NCBI GenBank assembly: GCA_964558975.1
Contig: CAZLFQ010000001.1
Coordinates: forward strand, 365,341 to 429,340
DNA: 64,000 nt
Source: an uncultured Candidatus Midichloriaceae bacterium
GTDB taxonomy: Bacteria; Pseudomonadota; Alphaproteobacteria; Rickettsiales; Midichloriaceae
Reading direction: 5' to 3'
Below the pieces are notes generated by a model. That model was not told where the DNA came from, did no database searches, and was given only the letters and a program-made list of their open reading frames with translations. The stretch's first letter is position 1; each line of letters begins with the position of its first letter. This document shows, piece by piece, positions 17,851 to 27,157 of the stretch. The position numbers were made by a program, and so were the translations under genes.

Positions 17851-19065
17851 TCATTTTTTAATAAACTTGATAAGCTCGGATATCAAGTCCAGCTTCTCCC
17901 AACTAAAAGTGCCGTCTGCACCTGCTTGTCTGCCAAAATGGCCGTATGTAGCTGTAGGAAGGTATATTGGATTATCTAATTTCAAATGATTTCTTATCCC
18001 TCTTGGAGTTAAATCCATAGATTTAGTAATTGCCTTAACAATAAGCTCCTCACGCACCCTAGATGTTCCGTTTGTATTAACGTATACAGAAATTGGCTGA
18101 GCCACACCAATTGCATAAGACACTTGAATTAAACAGCTTTCAGCAATCCCAGCAGCAACCACATTCTTAGCAAGATACCTTGCAGCATATGCAGCAGACC
18201 TATCAACTTTGGACGGATCTTTTCCAGAGAACGCGCCACCTCCGTGTGGGGCTGCACCGCCATAAGTATCCACAATAATCTTACGCCCTGTAAGTCCTGA
18301 ATCACTTTCAGGCCCCCCAATTGTAAATAAACCTGTCGGATTCACATAAAATCTATTTTCCTCACACATCCATCCTTCAGGCAAAGCTGCTATAACATAT
18401 GGCCTAACTAAATCACGCACATCATTTTGATTTAATTTATTTGTATGTTGGATTGATACAACAACTGATGAAGCCCTATATGGCTTACCATCTTTACTAT
18501 ACTCAAGTGTAACTTGGCATTTAGCATCTGGTCCTAAACCAACTAACTTTTTTTGCCTCACTGCATCAAGCAAACTCTTCATAATTTTATGTGAATATAA
18601 AATCGGTGCTGGCATTAGTTCTTCTGTTTCTTTGCAAGCGTAACCAAACATTATACCTTGATCACCTGCCCCTTCTTCTTTATTCGAAACTCCCATATCA
18701 ATTTCAGCAGATTGGCTATGCAGCAAATTTGTAATATTTAGCGTTTCATAATTAAAAGGATCACTTGTATATCCAATTTTTTTTATGAGGTTTCGAATTA
18801 ATTGCTCAACCTCGTCCTTACTAAATTGGTATACACTCTTTACTTCACCAGCAATTATAACATTATTTGGAGCAACCATGGCTTCAACAGCAACATGTGC
18901 TTTTGGGTCATGCGTTAAATATTGGTCTAAAATCGCATCTGAAATTTGATCACAGATTTTATCTGGATGCCCTTCAGAAACTGATTCGCTTGTAAAAAAG
19001 TAATCCTTAAGTCGATATCTCTTAGATCTCAGGGCTTTAATATATTTAGAGTATAAAATCTTCAC
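17851..19065 (-). CDS. metK: S-adenosylmethionine synthase
   Basis: FTSESVSEGHPDKICDQISDAILD and GGGAFSGKDPSKVDRSAAY motifs. The tracked GTG start adds about 20 aa before the usual N-terminus, so the start is uncertain. Confidence 0.9.
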   Translation of the reverse strand: MKILYSKYIKALRSKRYRLKDYFFTSESVSEGHPDKICDQISDAILDQYLTHDPKAHVAVEAMVAPNNVIIAGEVKSVYQFSKDEVEQLIRNLIKKIGYTSDPFNYETLNITNLLHSQSAEIDMGVSNKEEGAGDQGIMFGYACKETEELMPAPILYSHKIMKSLLDAVRQKKLVGLGPDAKCQVTLEYSKDGKPYRASSVVVSIQHTNKLNQNDVRDLVRPYVIAALPEGWMCEENRFYVNPTGLFTIGGPESDSGLTGRKIIVDTYGGAAPHGGGAFSGKDPSKVDRSAAYAARYLAKNVVAAGIAESCLIQVSYAIGVAQPISVYVNTNGTSRVREELIVKAITKSMDLTPRGIRNHLKLDNPIYLPTATYGHFGRQAGADGTFSWEKLDLISELIKFIKK

Positions 19066-19113
19066 AAAAATTCCTATAATGCTATACTAGTAAAAAAACC
19101 AAAGTATATATTT

Positions 19114-19326
19114 ATGAATAAGCTGGTTATTTCCTTATTTCTTATTACTACACTATCTGGCTGTGCACATCAACTTTTTGAAACAGAACCTGAAGCAGAA
19201 GTAACTACTGAAACTGAAAGTATTATAAATCAGCCTACTGCACCCAAACCAGCAAAAGCTGTTGTACCTCAAACTCCATATAAGCGCGTTACTAAAAACC
19301 CATCGGGCGATGCCTATAATGACTAG
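19114..19326 (+). CDS. small putative lipoprotein
   Basis: 70 aa. Signal peptide with lipobox LSG|C (LITTLSGCAHQ), then a T/E/P-rich mature part. Confidence 0.5.
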   Translation: MNKLVISLFLITTLSGCAHQLFETEPEAEVTTETESIINQPTAPKPAKAVVPQTPYKRVTKNPSGDAYND

Positions 19327-19329
19327 CCT

Positions 19330-20580
19330 TTATCTTTCAAACAAGGCTTTAATTGGAGAATAACAATAAAGTGGGACATCTTGTGCACCATCATACTTTG
19401 CATTAAAAATATAATCATTACATGCATAAAAATTTGCTATTCCAGCACAGATACCAAATGAAAATATATTCGCAAAATTTTGTTGATTAAAATTACTATG
19501 AAGGCTGGTTCTACTAGCAAGGAAAAATGAAGCTCCCACACAAGCAAATGTCAAGAACAACCCTGATAAAATAGAGGCATTAGAAATTGCAACGAGATTA
19601 AATAACACCATGCCTACTATACCCACTTCTATAGTAAATATAAGTGCTGGAGATATAATTTTACAAAGACCAAAAACAGGTACTTCAATACATTTAAACA
19701 AATCTCTAATTAGTCGTGGTGATTTACATAACAATCTGTATGCAGCTATATAGTGCCCTAAATGCAAAGCCGAATCTATTGGTGTACGATTCGCATCATC
19801 TTTGATCAACAAACTTTCTTTATAACCATTAACTCCTTCTAACTGCTTTAATAATTCTAAATCATTAAAAATTGCTGCGTTCTGGGCTATTGTACAACCA
19901 AACCGCCCTTGAACTAAAGGATTTGGCAACTTAGATGGACGTGTATGTTGTCTACCATGTAGGCGATCTGAATAGTATGTACCCCAAGCTTCAACCAACT
20001 TTGCTTCTACTTCATAATATTCGTGTAGCATCTTTTTTAAAGGCTGGTTTTTAAATTTTGGATCAAAAATACAAAACTTTTCAGGTTCTTTAAGCTCACA
20101 TTTTTTATATAAATCAAGTAGCAATAGATTAAATTGTTCAGATCGATAATATCGAGATATTAAATGCCATGTTAATATGCCATCTAGCTCCTTTCTGTCG
20201 AAGCCATTATCTAGTAAGAATTTCGCAATTTCTGCTTGTCCTTCTTCAAAAACATAGCGAAGAAGTGGAGTGCCATCTATATTTAAACTGGATTTTTGAC
20301 TCATATAAAAAGGCAAAAGAGCTTTTACCATTTTCGGATCATCGTGTCTTACAGCCCACTCAATTGGCAAGTCATCGTCTAATCTGTAATTTAGAACTTG
20401 CGGATCACTATTAATTAACGACAAAGCTCTGTCTATGCTTCCTTCATCTTTTACTGGCAGGTATTGCGAATTTACTAGTGCTTGAAGCGTATGAAAAACT
20501 TCTAAATACTTCAATTCAGGAATTTCTCTCATGATTTTAATTCTATTAATTTGCCAGATTATATCATGAAAATGATACAA
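19330..20580 (-). CDS. ankyrin-like repeat protein with C-terminal multi-helix hydrophobic anchor
   Basis: The N-terminal half is paralogous to the 14263..15756 protein (DPQVLNYRLDDDLPIEWAVRHDDPKMVKALLPFYMS versus NPSIVNLKWNDLDNPIQLAIKQDDVEAVAILVPYYSS). ANK-like units are TPLLRYVFEEGQAEIAKFLLDNGFD and RTPIDSALHLGHYIAAYRLL. The last ~110 aa are hydrophobic (ALIFTIEVGIVGMVLFNLVAI, LSGLFLTFACVGASFFLA, IFSFGICAGIANFYA). The start may be MREIPEL (20532). Confidence 0.65.
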   Translation of the reverse strand: MYHFHDIIWQINRIKIMREIPELKYLEVFHTLQALVNSQYLPVKDEGSIDRALSLINSDPQVLNYRLDDDLPIEWAVRHDDPKMVKALLPFYMSQKSSLNIDGTPLLRYVFEEGQAEIAKFLLDNGFDRKELDGILTWHLISRYYRSEQFNLLLLDLYKKCELKEPEKFCIFDPKFKNQPLKKMLHEYYEVEAKLVEAWGTYYSDRLHGRQHTRPSKLPNPLVQGRFGCTIAQNAAIFNDLELLKQLEGVNGYKESLLIKDDANRTPIDSALHLGHYIAAYRLLCKSPRLIRDLFKCIEVPVFGLCKIISPALIFTIEVGIVGMVLFNLVAISNASILSGLFLTFACVGASFFLASRTSLHSNFNQQNFANIFSFGICAGIANFYACNDYIFNAKYDGAQDVPLYCYSPIKALFER

Positions 20581-20656
20581 GAATATTAAGATCGCTAAAG
20601 TTTTTTTTTAAAAACTATATAGTTACCAAAAACCCATCTAATAATGCTCATAATGA

Positions 20657-21598
20657 CTAGCTAAGCTTAAAGCTCTTCTTCTTAGGCTTAATGCCTTTCT
20701 TTTTGAGTTCATCAAGAATTTCAGGCATAAGCTTGAGTGTTTCTTGGCGGCCTATTTCATATAATTTTTGGTTATGAGCATCATCAAACATCCCGAATCC
20801 ATTTAAATTTGGGTGAATACTAACATCTGAAGTAAGAGACTGAAGCCTTGAAAGTGCATAATAACTTACATACAACGACTTATTTGAAACATCCCACATA
20901 TTATTAAGCGGCAAATCATCACCTGGGGTACTAATATCGACAGAAATAAGAACTTTAGGATTGTACTGTCTAGCCGTAGCAACGGGTACTGGTTCAACAA
21001 CTCCACCGTCTACTAAGAACATTCCATATTCTTTTACTGGGGTAAAGACAGGTGGAATTGCAGACGAAGCATGCACTGCAACAGCTACAGGACCGCTAGA
21101 AATTGCAATCGGTCTATCGTTTTCTAAATCTGTAGCAACTGCAACAAATGGGATTTTTAAATCCTCCATATTATTCACAGTTAAATTCTTAACAATAAAT
21201 TCTTCTAAGTAAAAACCTTGCACAGGCCCACGTACATCAATAAAAAAGTGGAGTGAATCAAAAAGCGAAACATCAAGAATATCCCACTTACTTATGTGCA
21301 ATACATTTTCCTTTAAAAGCTGAGAATCAGCATAATCAGCGTATAATGCTCCCATTATACTCCCAGCACTAGTTCCAACTATTAAATCTATTGGAATCCC
21401 ATATTCTTCAAGAACTTCCAGCACACCTAGATGCACAAAGCCTTTGCTACCACCACCACCTAATGCAATTGCAACATTTACATTTTCAATTTTTCTTGGT
21501 GGAGGAAGTCTATCGGGTGGAGTAATTAACCTTCTAGGAGCTGTACATGCCACTAGAGATAAAATAATTAATATAGAAAGTAACTTTTTCAATTTCAA
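20657..21598 (-). CDS. patatin-like phospholipase, predicted lipoprotein
   Basis: Lipobox LVA|C (LSLVACTAP), oxyanion GGGSKG, nucleophile elbow GTSAGS and catalytic Asp in VDGGVVEP. Confidence 0.85.
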   Translation of the reverse strand: MKLKKLLSILIILSLVACTAPRRLITPPDRLPPPRKIENVNVAIALGGGGSKGFVHLGVLEVLEEYGIPIDLIVGTSAGSIMGALYADYADSQLLKENVLHISKWDILDVSLFDSLHFFIDVRGPVQGFYLEEFIVKNLTVNNMEDLKIPFVAVATDLENDRPIAISSGPVAVAVHASSAIPPVFTPVKEYGMFLVDGGVVEPVPVATARQYNPKVLISVDISTPGDDLPLNNMWDVSNKSLYVSYYALSRLQSLTSDVSIHPNLNGFGMFDDAHNQKLYEIGRQETLKLMPEILDELKKKGIKPKKKSFKLS

Positions 21599-21699
21599 AA
21601 CAACTTAATATTCTTAATCTTATTTTGCGTAATTCACCTTTAAAAGTAAAGATTTTCTTGGTATATTAAGCTCTAAATAAGATTGTTTTCGTAGAATTA

Positions 21700-23007
21700 A
21701 TGACTGTAATTACAAGATTTGCACCCAGCCCAACAGGTTACTTACACGTAGGCAATATAAGAACTTGCCTAATCAACTGGCTATTTGCACGTGCCAATGG
21801 TGGTAAATTTATATTACGCATTGATGATACTGACAGAGAAAGATCGAAACAAGAATATGTCGATGCCATAATGCAAGACATGGAATGGCTAGGTCTAACT
21901 TGGGATGAAATTCACTACCAGTCTAAACGTATCGATCTACATGAAGCTGCGAAAAAGAAATATATTAGCTCAGGTAGATTGTATCCCTGCAATGAATCGT
22001 CAGAAGAATTGGAAGTAAAAAAGAAAACCCTATTAAGCAGAAATCTTCCACCCATTTATGATCGCTCAGCTCTTAAGCTAACCGATGTGCAAAAGGCACA
22101 AATGAAAAACCCTCATTACAGATTTTTCGTAAATGAAAAACAAATTGATTGGGAAGATGGCATCCGCGGACACATGCACTTTGATCCCAAAAACATCAGT
22201 GATCCAATTCTAATTCGTGGTGATGGCTCAATGACATATGCAATTGCATCGGTTGTTGACGATATTGATTTAAAAATTACTAATATTATTCGTGGTGAAG
22301 ACCACATTAGTAACAGTGCTGTTCATATACAAATGTTTGAAGCACTTGGTGCTACTCCACCAAGTTTCGCGCATCTTTCATTGCTTAAAACCAAAGAAGG
22401 TGAAATTTCAAAACGACTTGGTGGCTTTGATATCGCATCACTTCGTGAAGCTGGAATTCATCCATTAGCAATCCTAAGTTTCTTAGCAAAACTTGGCAGC
22501 TCTGACCCACTTGAGTACAGATTGAGTCACGAAGAATTGATTAAAGAATTTTCGCTTAAAAAATATGGCAAAGCTCCAGCGAATTATGACTTGGTAGAGC
22601 TACAGCGCATCAATTCAAAATTGATCCACCATATGCCATTTGAAATGGCAAAACCGCATTTTACAAACTCAAAAATCGATGAGAAGTTTTGGAATTCTGT
22701 TAAACTGAATTTAACAACTATTAAAGAAGTTGATACGTGGTGGAAAATTTGCAATGAAGATTTCACTCCAGTTATTACCGATGCAGAATTCACAAAAACC
22801 GCAAGCACCCTACTACCTTCTGGTACTTGGGATAACGATACGTGGAATACGTGGGTTCAGGCAGTTAAATCGGCAACTGGCAAGTCTGGGAAAGATTTAT
22901 TCATGCCAATCCGTTTAGCACTTACAGGCATGGACAACGGCCCAGAACTTAAAAGCTTACTACCAATTTTGGGGCGTGATAAGGTGATTGCAAGGTTGGG
23001 TGGCTAA
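21700..23007 (+). CDS. gltX: glutamate--tRNA ligase
   Basis: RFAPSPTGYLHVGNIRT (HIGH region) and GEISKRLG (KMSKS equivalent). 435 aa. Confidence 0.9.
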   Translation: MTVITRFAPSPTGYLHVGNIRTCLINWLFARANGGKFILRIDDTDRERSKQEYVDAIMQDMEWLGLTWDEIHYQSKRIDLHEAAKKKYISSGRLYPCNESSEELEVKKKTLLSRNLPPIYDRSALKLTDVQKAQMKNPHYRFFVNEKQIDWEDGIRGHMHFDPKNISDPILIRGDGSMTYAIASVVDDIDLKITNIIRGEDHISNSAVHIQMFEALGATPPSFAHLSLLKTKEGEISKRLGGFDIASLREAGIHPLAILSFLAKLGSSDPLEYRLSHEELIKEFSLKKYGKAPANYDLVELQRINSKLIHHMPFEMAKPHFTNSKIDEKFWNSVKLNLTTIKEVDTWWKICNEDFTPVITDAEFTKTASTLLPSGTWDNDTWNTWVQAVKSATGKSGKDLFMPIRLALTGMDNGPELKSLLPILGRDKVIARLGG

Positions 23008-23264
23008 GTTAGTCGACCGAAACGATCTATTTGATCTAAATTGAATTTTAGAGACTTTAAATCTTCGCCATAGTTTTTATCGGAAAAGTCTGCTTCAACT
23101 CGTTTACTCATAAAATCTAATAGTTTTTCCCATTGCCCATCTTTTTCTATTTCTTTTTTTATATCACTTGGAAGAAGAATTTTTTGACCAGGGATCACCT
23201 CTCTCATCGAAAAGTATTTACCCATCATAGTGATATAATCGCCATCTTCATTTGTAAGTGCCAT
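23004..23264 (-). CDS. hypothetical small protein
   Basis: 86-aa ORF with no motif. Supported only by ORF length and lack of a competing gene. Confidence 0.35.
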   Translation of the reverse strand: MALTNEDGDYITMMGKYFSMREVIPGQKILLPSDIKKEIEKDGQWEKLLDFMSKRVEADFSDKNYGEDLKSLKFNLDQIDRFGRLT

Positions 23265-23364
23265 AGTATTTACTTATTTGTTAATAGTACTTTATATCAT
23301 GCTATAATCTAGCTTAGTTAAAACAAAGTTAACAATACCGTTTTTATCATTGTCTCTGCATGAG

Positions 23365-23700
23365 TTATAAATAACTGATAATCTTAATGAATAAAAAGTA
23401 TATAAAGCTCATTAAAACACAAGACAAAGATATTGAGGTGTAAAATTCAAAGCCATATTTTAACAGGAGTGGTAGTATCAAAAAAAAGCTAAGTGATGGT
23501 ATGATGAGTAATAAGATTTGGTAATTCAAATCTACAATCTGAGTTATATTCCTCGATTCATAATATACCCAACAAAAAACCAAAACAGATGTGATAGGAA
23601 GTGAAACAGTTAAGGCTGCGAAAGTTTTATTATACTTCGCTAATTCAGAAACAGACGCAATTATTATGGCACTAATTAATACTTTTAAAAAAAAGAACAT
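23365..23700 (-). CDS. small integral membrane protein
   Basis: 111 aa, with about four hydrophobic helices (VLISAIIIASVSELA, LTVSLPITSVLVFCWVYY, LLLIIPSLSFFLILPLLL, CVLMSFIYFLFIKII). Confidence 0.5.
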   Translation of the reverse strand: MFFFLKVLISAIIIASVSELAKYNKTFAALTVSLPITSVLVFCWVYYESRNITQIVDLNYQILLLIIPSLSFFLILPLLLKYGFEFYTSISLSCVLMSFIYFLFIKIISYL

Positions 23701-23765
23701 CGCTAATAACCCATTAATCCTATTAAGAGTTTAATAGTATTCTATTTAAATTAAATATAAATAAT

Positions 23766-25151
23766 TCAAATTCCAGCTGGCACAAACCCAATCTCAGCGA
23801 AGTAGCTTTTTACTTCTGTCAGGATGATTTCCATGTCATGCATTGTATTGCCTTCAACACGCATGACTAGGCAGCTTTGGGTATTGGACGCGCGCAGCAA
23901 CCACCAGCCATTTGGCTTTGTCACGCGGATACCATCAAGGTCATTAAATTCCAATTTTTTAGCAACTATCAGTTTTTTTAGATCATCTACAACTTTGAAT
24001 TTCACATCTTCTGCAATATCAATTCTAAGTTCAGGAGTGCTGAATAACACTGGCATTGAATTGATCATATCTCCCAATGTTTCTTTTGAGTGAGAGAGAA
24101 TATTTATGATTTTACATGCACCGAACAAGGCATCATCAAACCCAAAATAATCTTCACCAAAGAATGTATGGCCACTCATCTCTCCAGCGAGAATTGCACC
24201 CTCTTTCTTCATCTTTGCTTTTATGTGAGAATGACCTGTTTTCCAAATAATTGGCTGGCCACGATGTTCACGAATTTTATCAAAAACCATGTTGCTGGTT
24301 TTGACATCACCAATAATTTTTGAATTTGGAATGCGGCTTAGCAAATCTTTTGCATATATCAAAAGCTGTTGATCGCCAAACACCATTCTTCCTTTGTTAT
24401 CAACTGTGCCTATACGATCTCCATCACCATCGAATGCAATTCCAAAGTCACATTTTTGTTTGATAACAACTTCCATTATTTGTTCAAGATTTTCAGGGAC
24501 AGTTGGGTCTGGATGATGCGCGGGAAAACTGCCATCGATTTTTGTATTAATCAGAACGTGCTCTCCAGCAAGTTTTTTGGTTAGCAATTCAACTATTTCA
24601 CCAGTAGCTCCATTTCCAGAATCCCATGCAATTTTAAGCTTTTTGCCATTTGGTTTTATTGCACGACTAATAATATCATCAATATATTTTTGCTTTATAT
24701 CTATCGATTCAACAGACCCTTTGCCATTTATATATTCACCAAGCTCTGCAATCTTTGCCAATGTCTGAATATCATCGCCAAAAAATGAGGCTTTTTGCAT
24801 AACCATTTTAAAGCCATTTTGGTCACCTGGGTTATGTGAACCTGTAATCATAATAGCTGCGGCAGAATCTATAGTGAAATGAGCATAATAAAGCACAGGT
24901 GTTGCAACTAAACCTATGTCTATTATATCTATTCCTGAATCCAGCAGACCTTTAACCAAAGCCTCACGAAGCTCAGGTGAACTCAGCCTACCATCTCGGC
25001 CTAAAACCACCTTACCTTTAATGTGTTTTTGCTGCAAATAGGTCGCAAAACTTCTACCTAAATGATATGCGTCATCAGTATTTAAATTCTTATTTACAGT
25101 GCCACGTATGTCATACGCGCGCATGATTGTTGGATTAAATTTATGTGCCAT
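23766..25151 (-). CDS. phosphomannomutase/phosphoglucomutase
   Basis: Active-site loop TGSHNPGDQNGFK and metal loop FDGDGDR. 461 aa. Confidence 0.85.
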   Translation of the reverse strand: MAHKFNPTIMRAYDIRGTVNKNLNTDDAYHLGRSFATYLQQKHIKGKVVLGRDGRLSSPELREALVKGLLDSGIDIIDIGLVATPVLYYAHFTIDSAAAIMITGSHNPGDQNGFKMVMQKASFFGDDIQTLAKIAELGEYINGKGSVESIDIKQKYIDDIISRAIKPNGKKLKIAWDSGNGATGEIVELLTKKLAGEHVLINTKIDGSFPAHHPDPTVPENLEQIMEVVIKQKCDFGIAFDGDGDRIGTVDNKGRMVFGDQQLLIYAKDLLSRIPNSKIIGDVKTSNMVFDKIREHRGQPIIWKTGHSHIKAKMKKEGAILAGEMSGHTFFGEDYFGFDDALFGACKIINILSHSKETLGDMINSMPVLFSTPELRIDIAEDVKFKVVDDLKKLIVAKKLEFNDLDGIRVTKPNGWWLLRASNTQSCLVMRVEGNTMHDMEIILTEVKSYFAEIGFVPAGI

Positions 25152-25402
25152 TACCTAACTATTTTAATCGCTAATGCGTGAATTTTATTTTTCATTTCAT
25201 CTTTAAGAATATCATAAATCAGCTTATGACAATCTAAAGTCTTCTTATCTTCAAACATAGCAGATTTTATAGTCACACGGAAGTGCGTTTCACCTTCTGG
25301 CCTTGCGCCCATATGGCCCTTATGCAAATGTGATTCATCAATCACTTCAATAAACGAAGGAGAAATAAGAGATACTAATTTATCATTAATGATTTGTTTC
25401 AT
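25151..25402 (-). CDS. bolA: BolA-family protein
   Basis: 83 aa. IEVIDESHLHKGH...THFRVTIKSAMFEDKKTLDCHKLIY follows the BolA pattern. Confidence 0.8.
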   Translation of the reverse strand: MKQIINDKLVSLISPSFIEVIDESHLHKGHMGARPEGETHFRVTIKSAMFEDKKTLDCHKLIYDILKDEMKNKIHALAIKIVR

Positions 25403-25623
25403 TATCTTTGGTTTTGAATTTCTTTTTGTTCAGGATTATGCTTAGTCCCATATTTTTTGCAGTAGTTAGCTATCATCTCTTGCATATTATCCCCAAAGAA
25501 TGCCTCAAAGTTCTTAAAATAAGATTCAACATCTAGTGCAGAATCTTTAGTTGTAAACTTATATGGACCAATATACGTTGAATTCTTGAATTCAAACTCT
25601 GTACTTTGCTTGCCAATATGCAT
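25402..25623 (-). CDS. hypothetical small protein between grx and bolA
   Basis: 73-aa ORF that overlaps the bolA start by 1 nt. No motif. Confidence 0.4.
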   Translation of the reverse strand: MHIGKQSTEFEFKNSTYIGPYKFTTKDSALDVESYFKNFEAFFGDNMQEMIANYCKKYGTKHNPEQKEIQNQR

Positions 25624-25679
25624 ATTTTCCTCAAAAAAATTACGAGGAAAGATACATCAATAATTGATTTTGTACAAGG

Positions 25680-25955
25680 TTAAGAAGCTTTTTTCTGCTT
25701 AGTAACGCCAGATTTGGTAAACAATCCTTTCTTGTCCATGCGGAATAAATCATCACAGCCACCAATGTGTCTGCCATCCACAAAGATTTGAGGTGTGGTC
25801 ACCCTACCCCCAGAAAGTTCTATCATCTCTCTTTTGACCAAGACATCGTACGTGATATCCCTTTCGTCAAAATTTACACCTTTCGATGTTATTAGGCTCT
25901 TTGCTTGTTGGGAGAACCTGCAACCCATTTGTGTATAAATAACAACTTTGGACAT
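25680..25955 (-). CDS. glutaredoxin with monothiol C-R-F-S active site
   Basis: 91 aa. VVIYTQMGCRFSQQAK (CxxS) and TTPQIFVDGRHIGGCDDL, a glutaredoxin fold. Confidence 0.8.
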   Translation of the reverse strand: MSKVVIYTQMGCRFSQQAKSLITSKGVNFDERDITYDVLVKREMIELSGGRVTTPQIFVDGRHIGGCDDLFRMDKKGLFTKSGVTKQKKAS

Positions 25956-26042
25956 TACATATGTTGTAAAGTTGAGTCATAGATTTAATACTATGATATC
26001 AATCCCATATTGCAACAATAAAATATTATAAATTTCAAAAGG

Positions 26043-27134
26043 TTAAAAATTAATATGGCAAACATTATCAAAAACCTTTTCAAGCTCAGGCTCTGTCGAG
26101 GTTACCCAGATTTGGGCTTTCAAATCTTTTAACTCAATTGCAAGTTGTTCCCTTCTTTTTTCATCCAAATGAGTGAATACTTCATCAAATAATACTATTG
26201 GTGTGCAATTAAACAAATCATTCATTGCTTTAATTTGGGCTAATACCATAGATATCAGCATTCCTTTCTGTTCACCTGTAGAACTCAAATTTGCATTAAT
26301 ACTTTTTTGCGAGTTACTAACTTTTAAATCACTAGTATGCGTACCAAAATTAGTTCGTTTAGATTTTGCATCTCTAAATCTATTGCTTTTAAAATTTTGT
26401 TTTAGAACATCTTGCAAATCATCTTGCCCTACTTCCAAGACCATATCTTCTACCTGCCCTTTCACTTGAAGAATTGGCTTGATAAATGCTGTTTTAAGTT
26501 CTGAAATATATTTATTTAACAAATCAACACACTCGATTCTTTTTCTAGCAATATTGATCGCTGCATCAACTATACTCTTTTCTAAGTTATCCACCCAAAT
26601 TTCATCATAACTTCCACTAGTAAGTAATTTAATTCTAGATCGCAAATAATGCTCATATTTCGCAACTTCCGTAGCATGCTCTGGATAAAAATTATATGAG
26701 AGTCTATCTATTAATTTTCTTCTAGTAGATGGAGAGTCCAAGAAGATTCCATCCATCTGAGGTGTTAACCAAATAATCTTCAAGTATTGCAGCACTTCAC
26801 TTTGCTTTTGAAGTACTGTCTCATTAATTTTAATGACTCTCTTAGCATTAGATGTTTGTCTTGAGTATCCTGTAGCAATCCTATTACTATCATTATTTGA
26901 ATTAACTACAGAACACACAGCCCACTCATTTGCAGGAGCAGAGATTTTACTTACAATATCCTCAAACTTAGCCGTTCTTAATCCCCTCCCCGGAGCAAGA
27001 AGGGAAATTGCTTCAAGCAGATTGGTTTTGCCCGTACCGTTTTGGCCAGATATCAAAATGAATTTATGGTCAGTATCAACATCAACCCTCTCGTGATTTC
27101 TATAGTTGATTAATGATACTTTAGTTATTGTCAT
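26043..27134 (-). CDS. recF: DNA replication and repair protein RecF
   Basis: Walker A GQNGTGKTNLLEAISLL, signature-like SSTGEQK and Walker B VLFDEV. 363 aa. Confidence 0.85.
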   Translation of the reverse strand: MTITKVSLINYRNHERVDVDTDHKFILISGQNGTGKTNLLEAISLLAPGRGLRTAKFEDIVSKISAPANEWAVCSVVNSNNDSNRIATGYSRQTSNAKRVIKINETVLQKQSEVLQYLKIIWLTPQMDGIFLDSPSTRRKLIDRLSYNFYPEHATEVAKYEHYLRSRIKLLTSGSYDEIWVDNLEKSIVDAAINIARKRIECVDLLNKYISELKTAFIKPILQVKGQVEDMVLEVGQDDLQDVLKQNFKSNRFRDAKSKRTNFGTHTSDLKVSNSQKSINANLSSTGEQKGMLISMVLAQIKAMNDLFNCTPIVLFDEVFTHLDEKRREQLAIELKDLKAQIWVTSTEPELEKVFDNVCHINF

Positions 27135-27157
27135 AGTTCTCCCATGACATAAATTTA

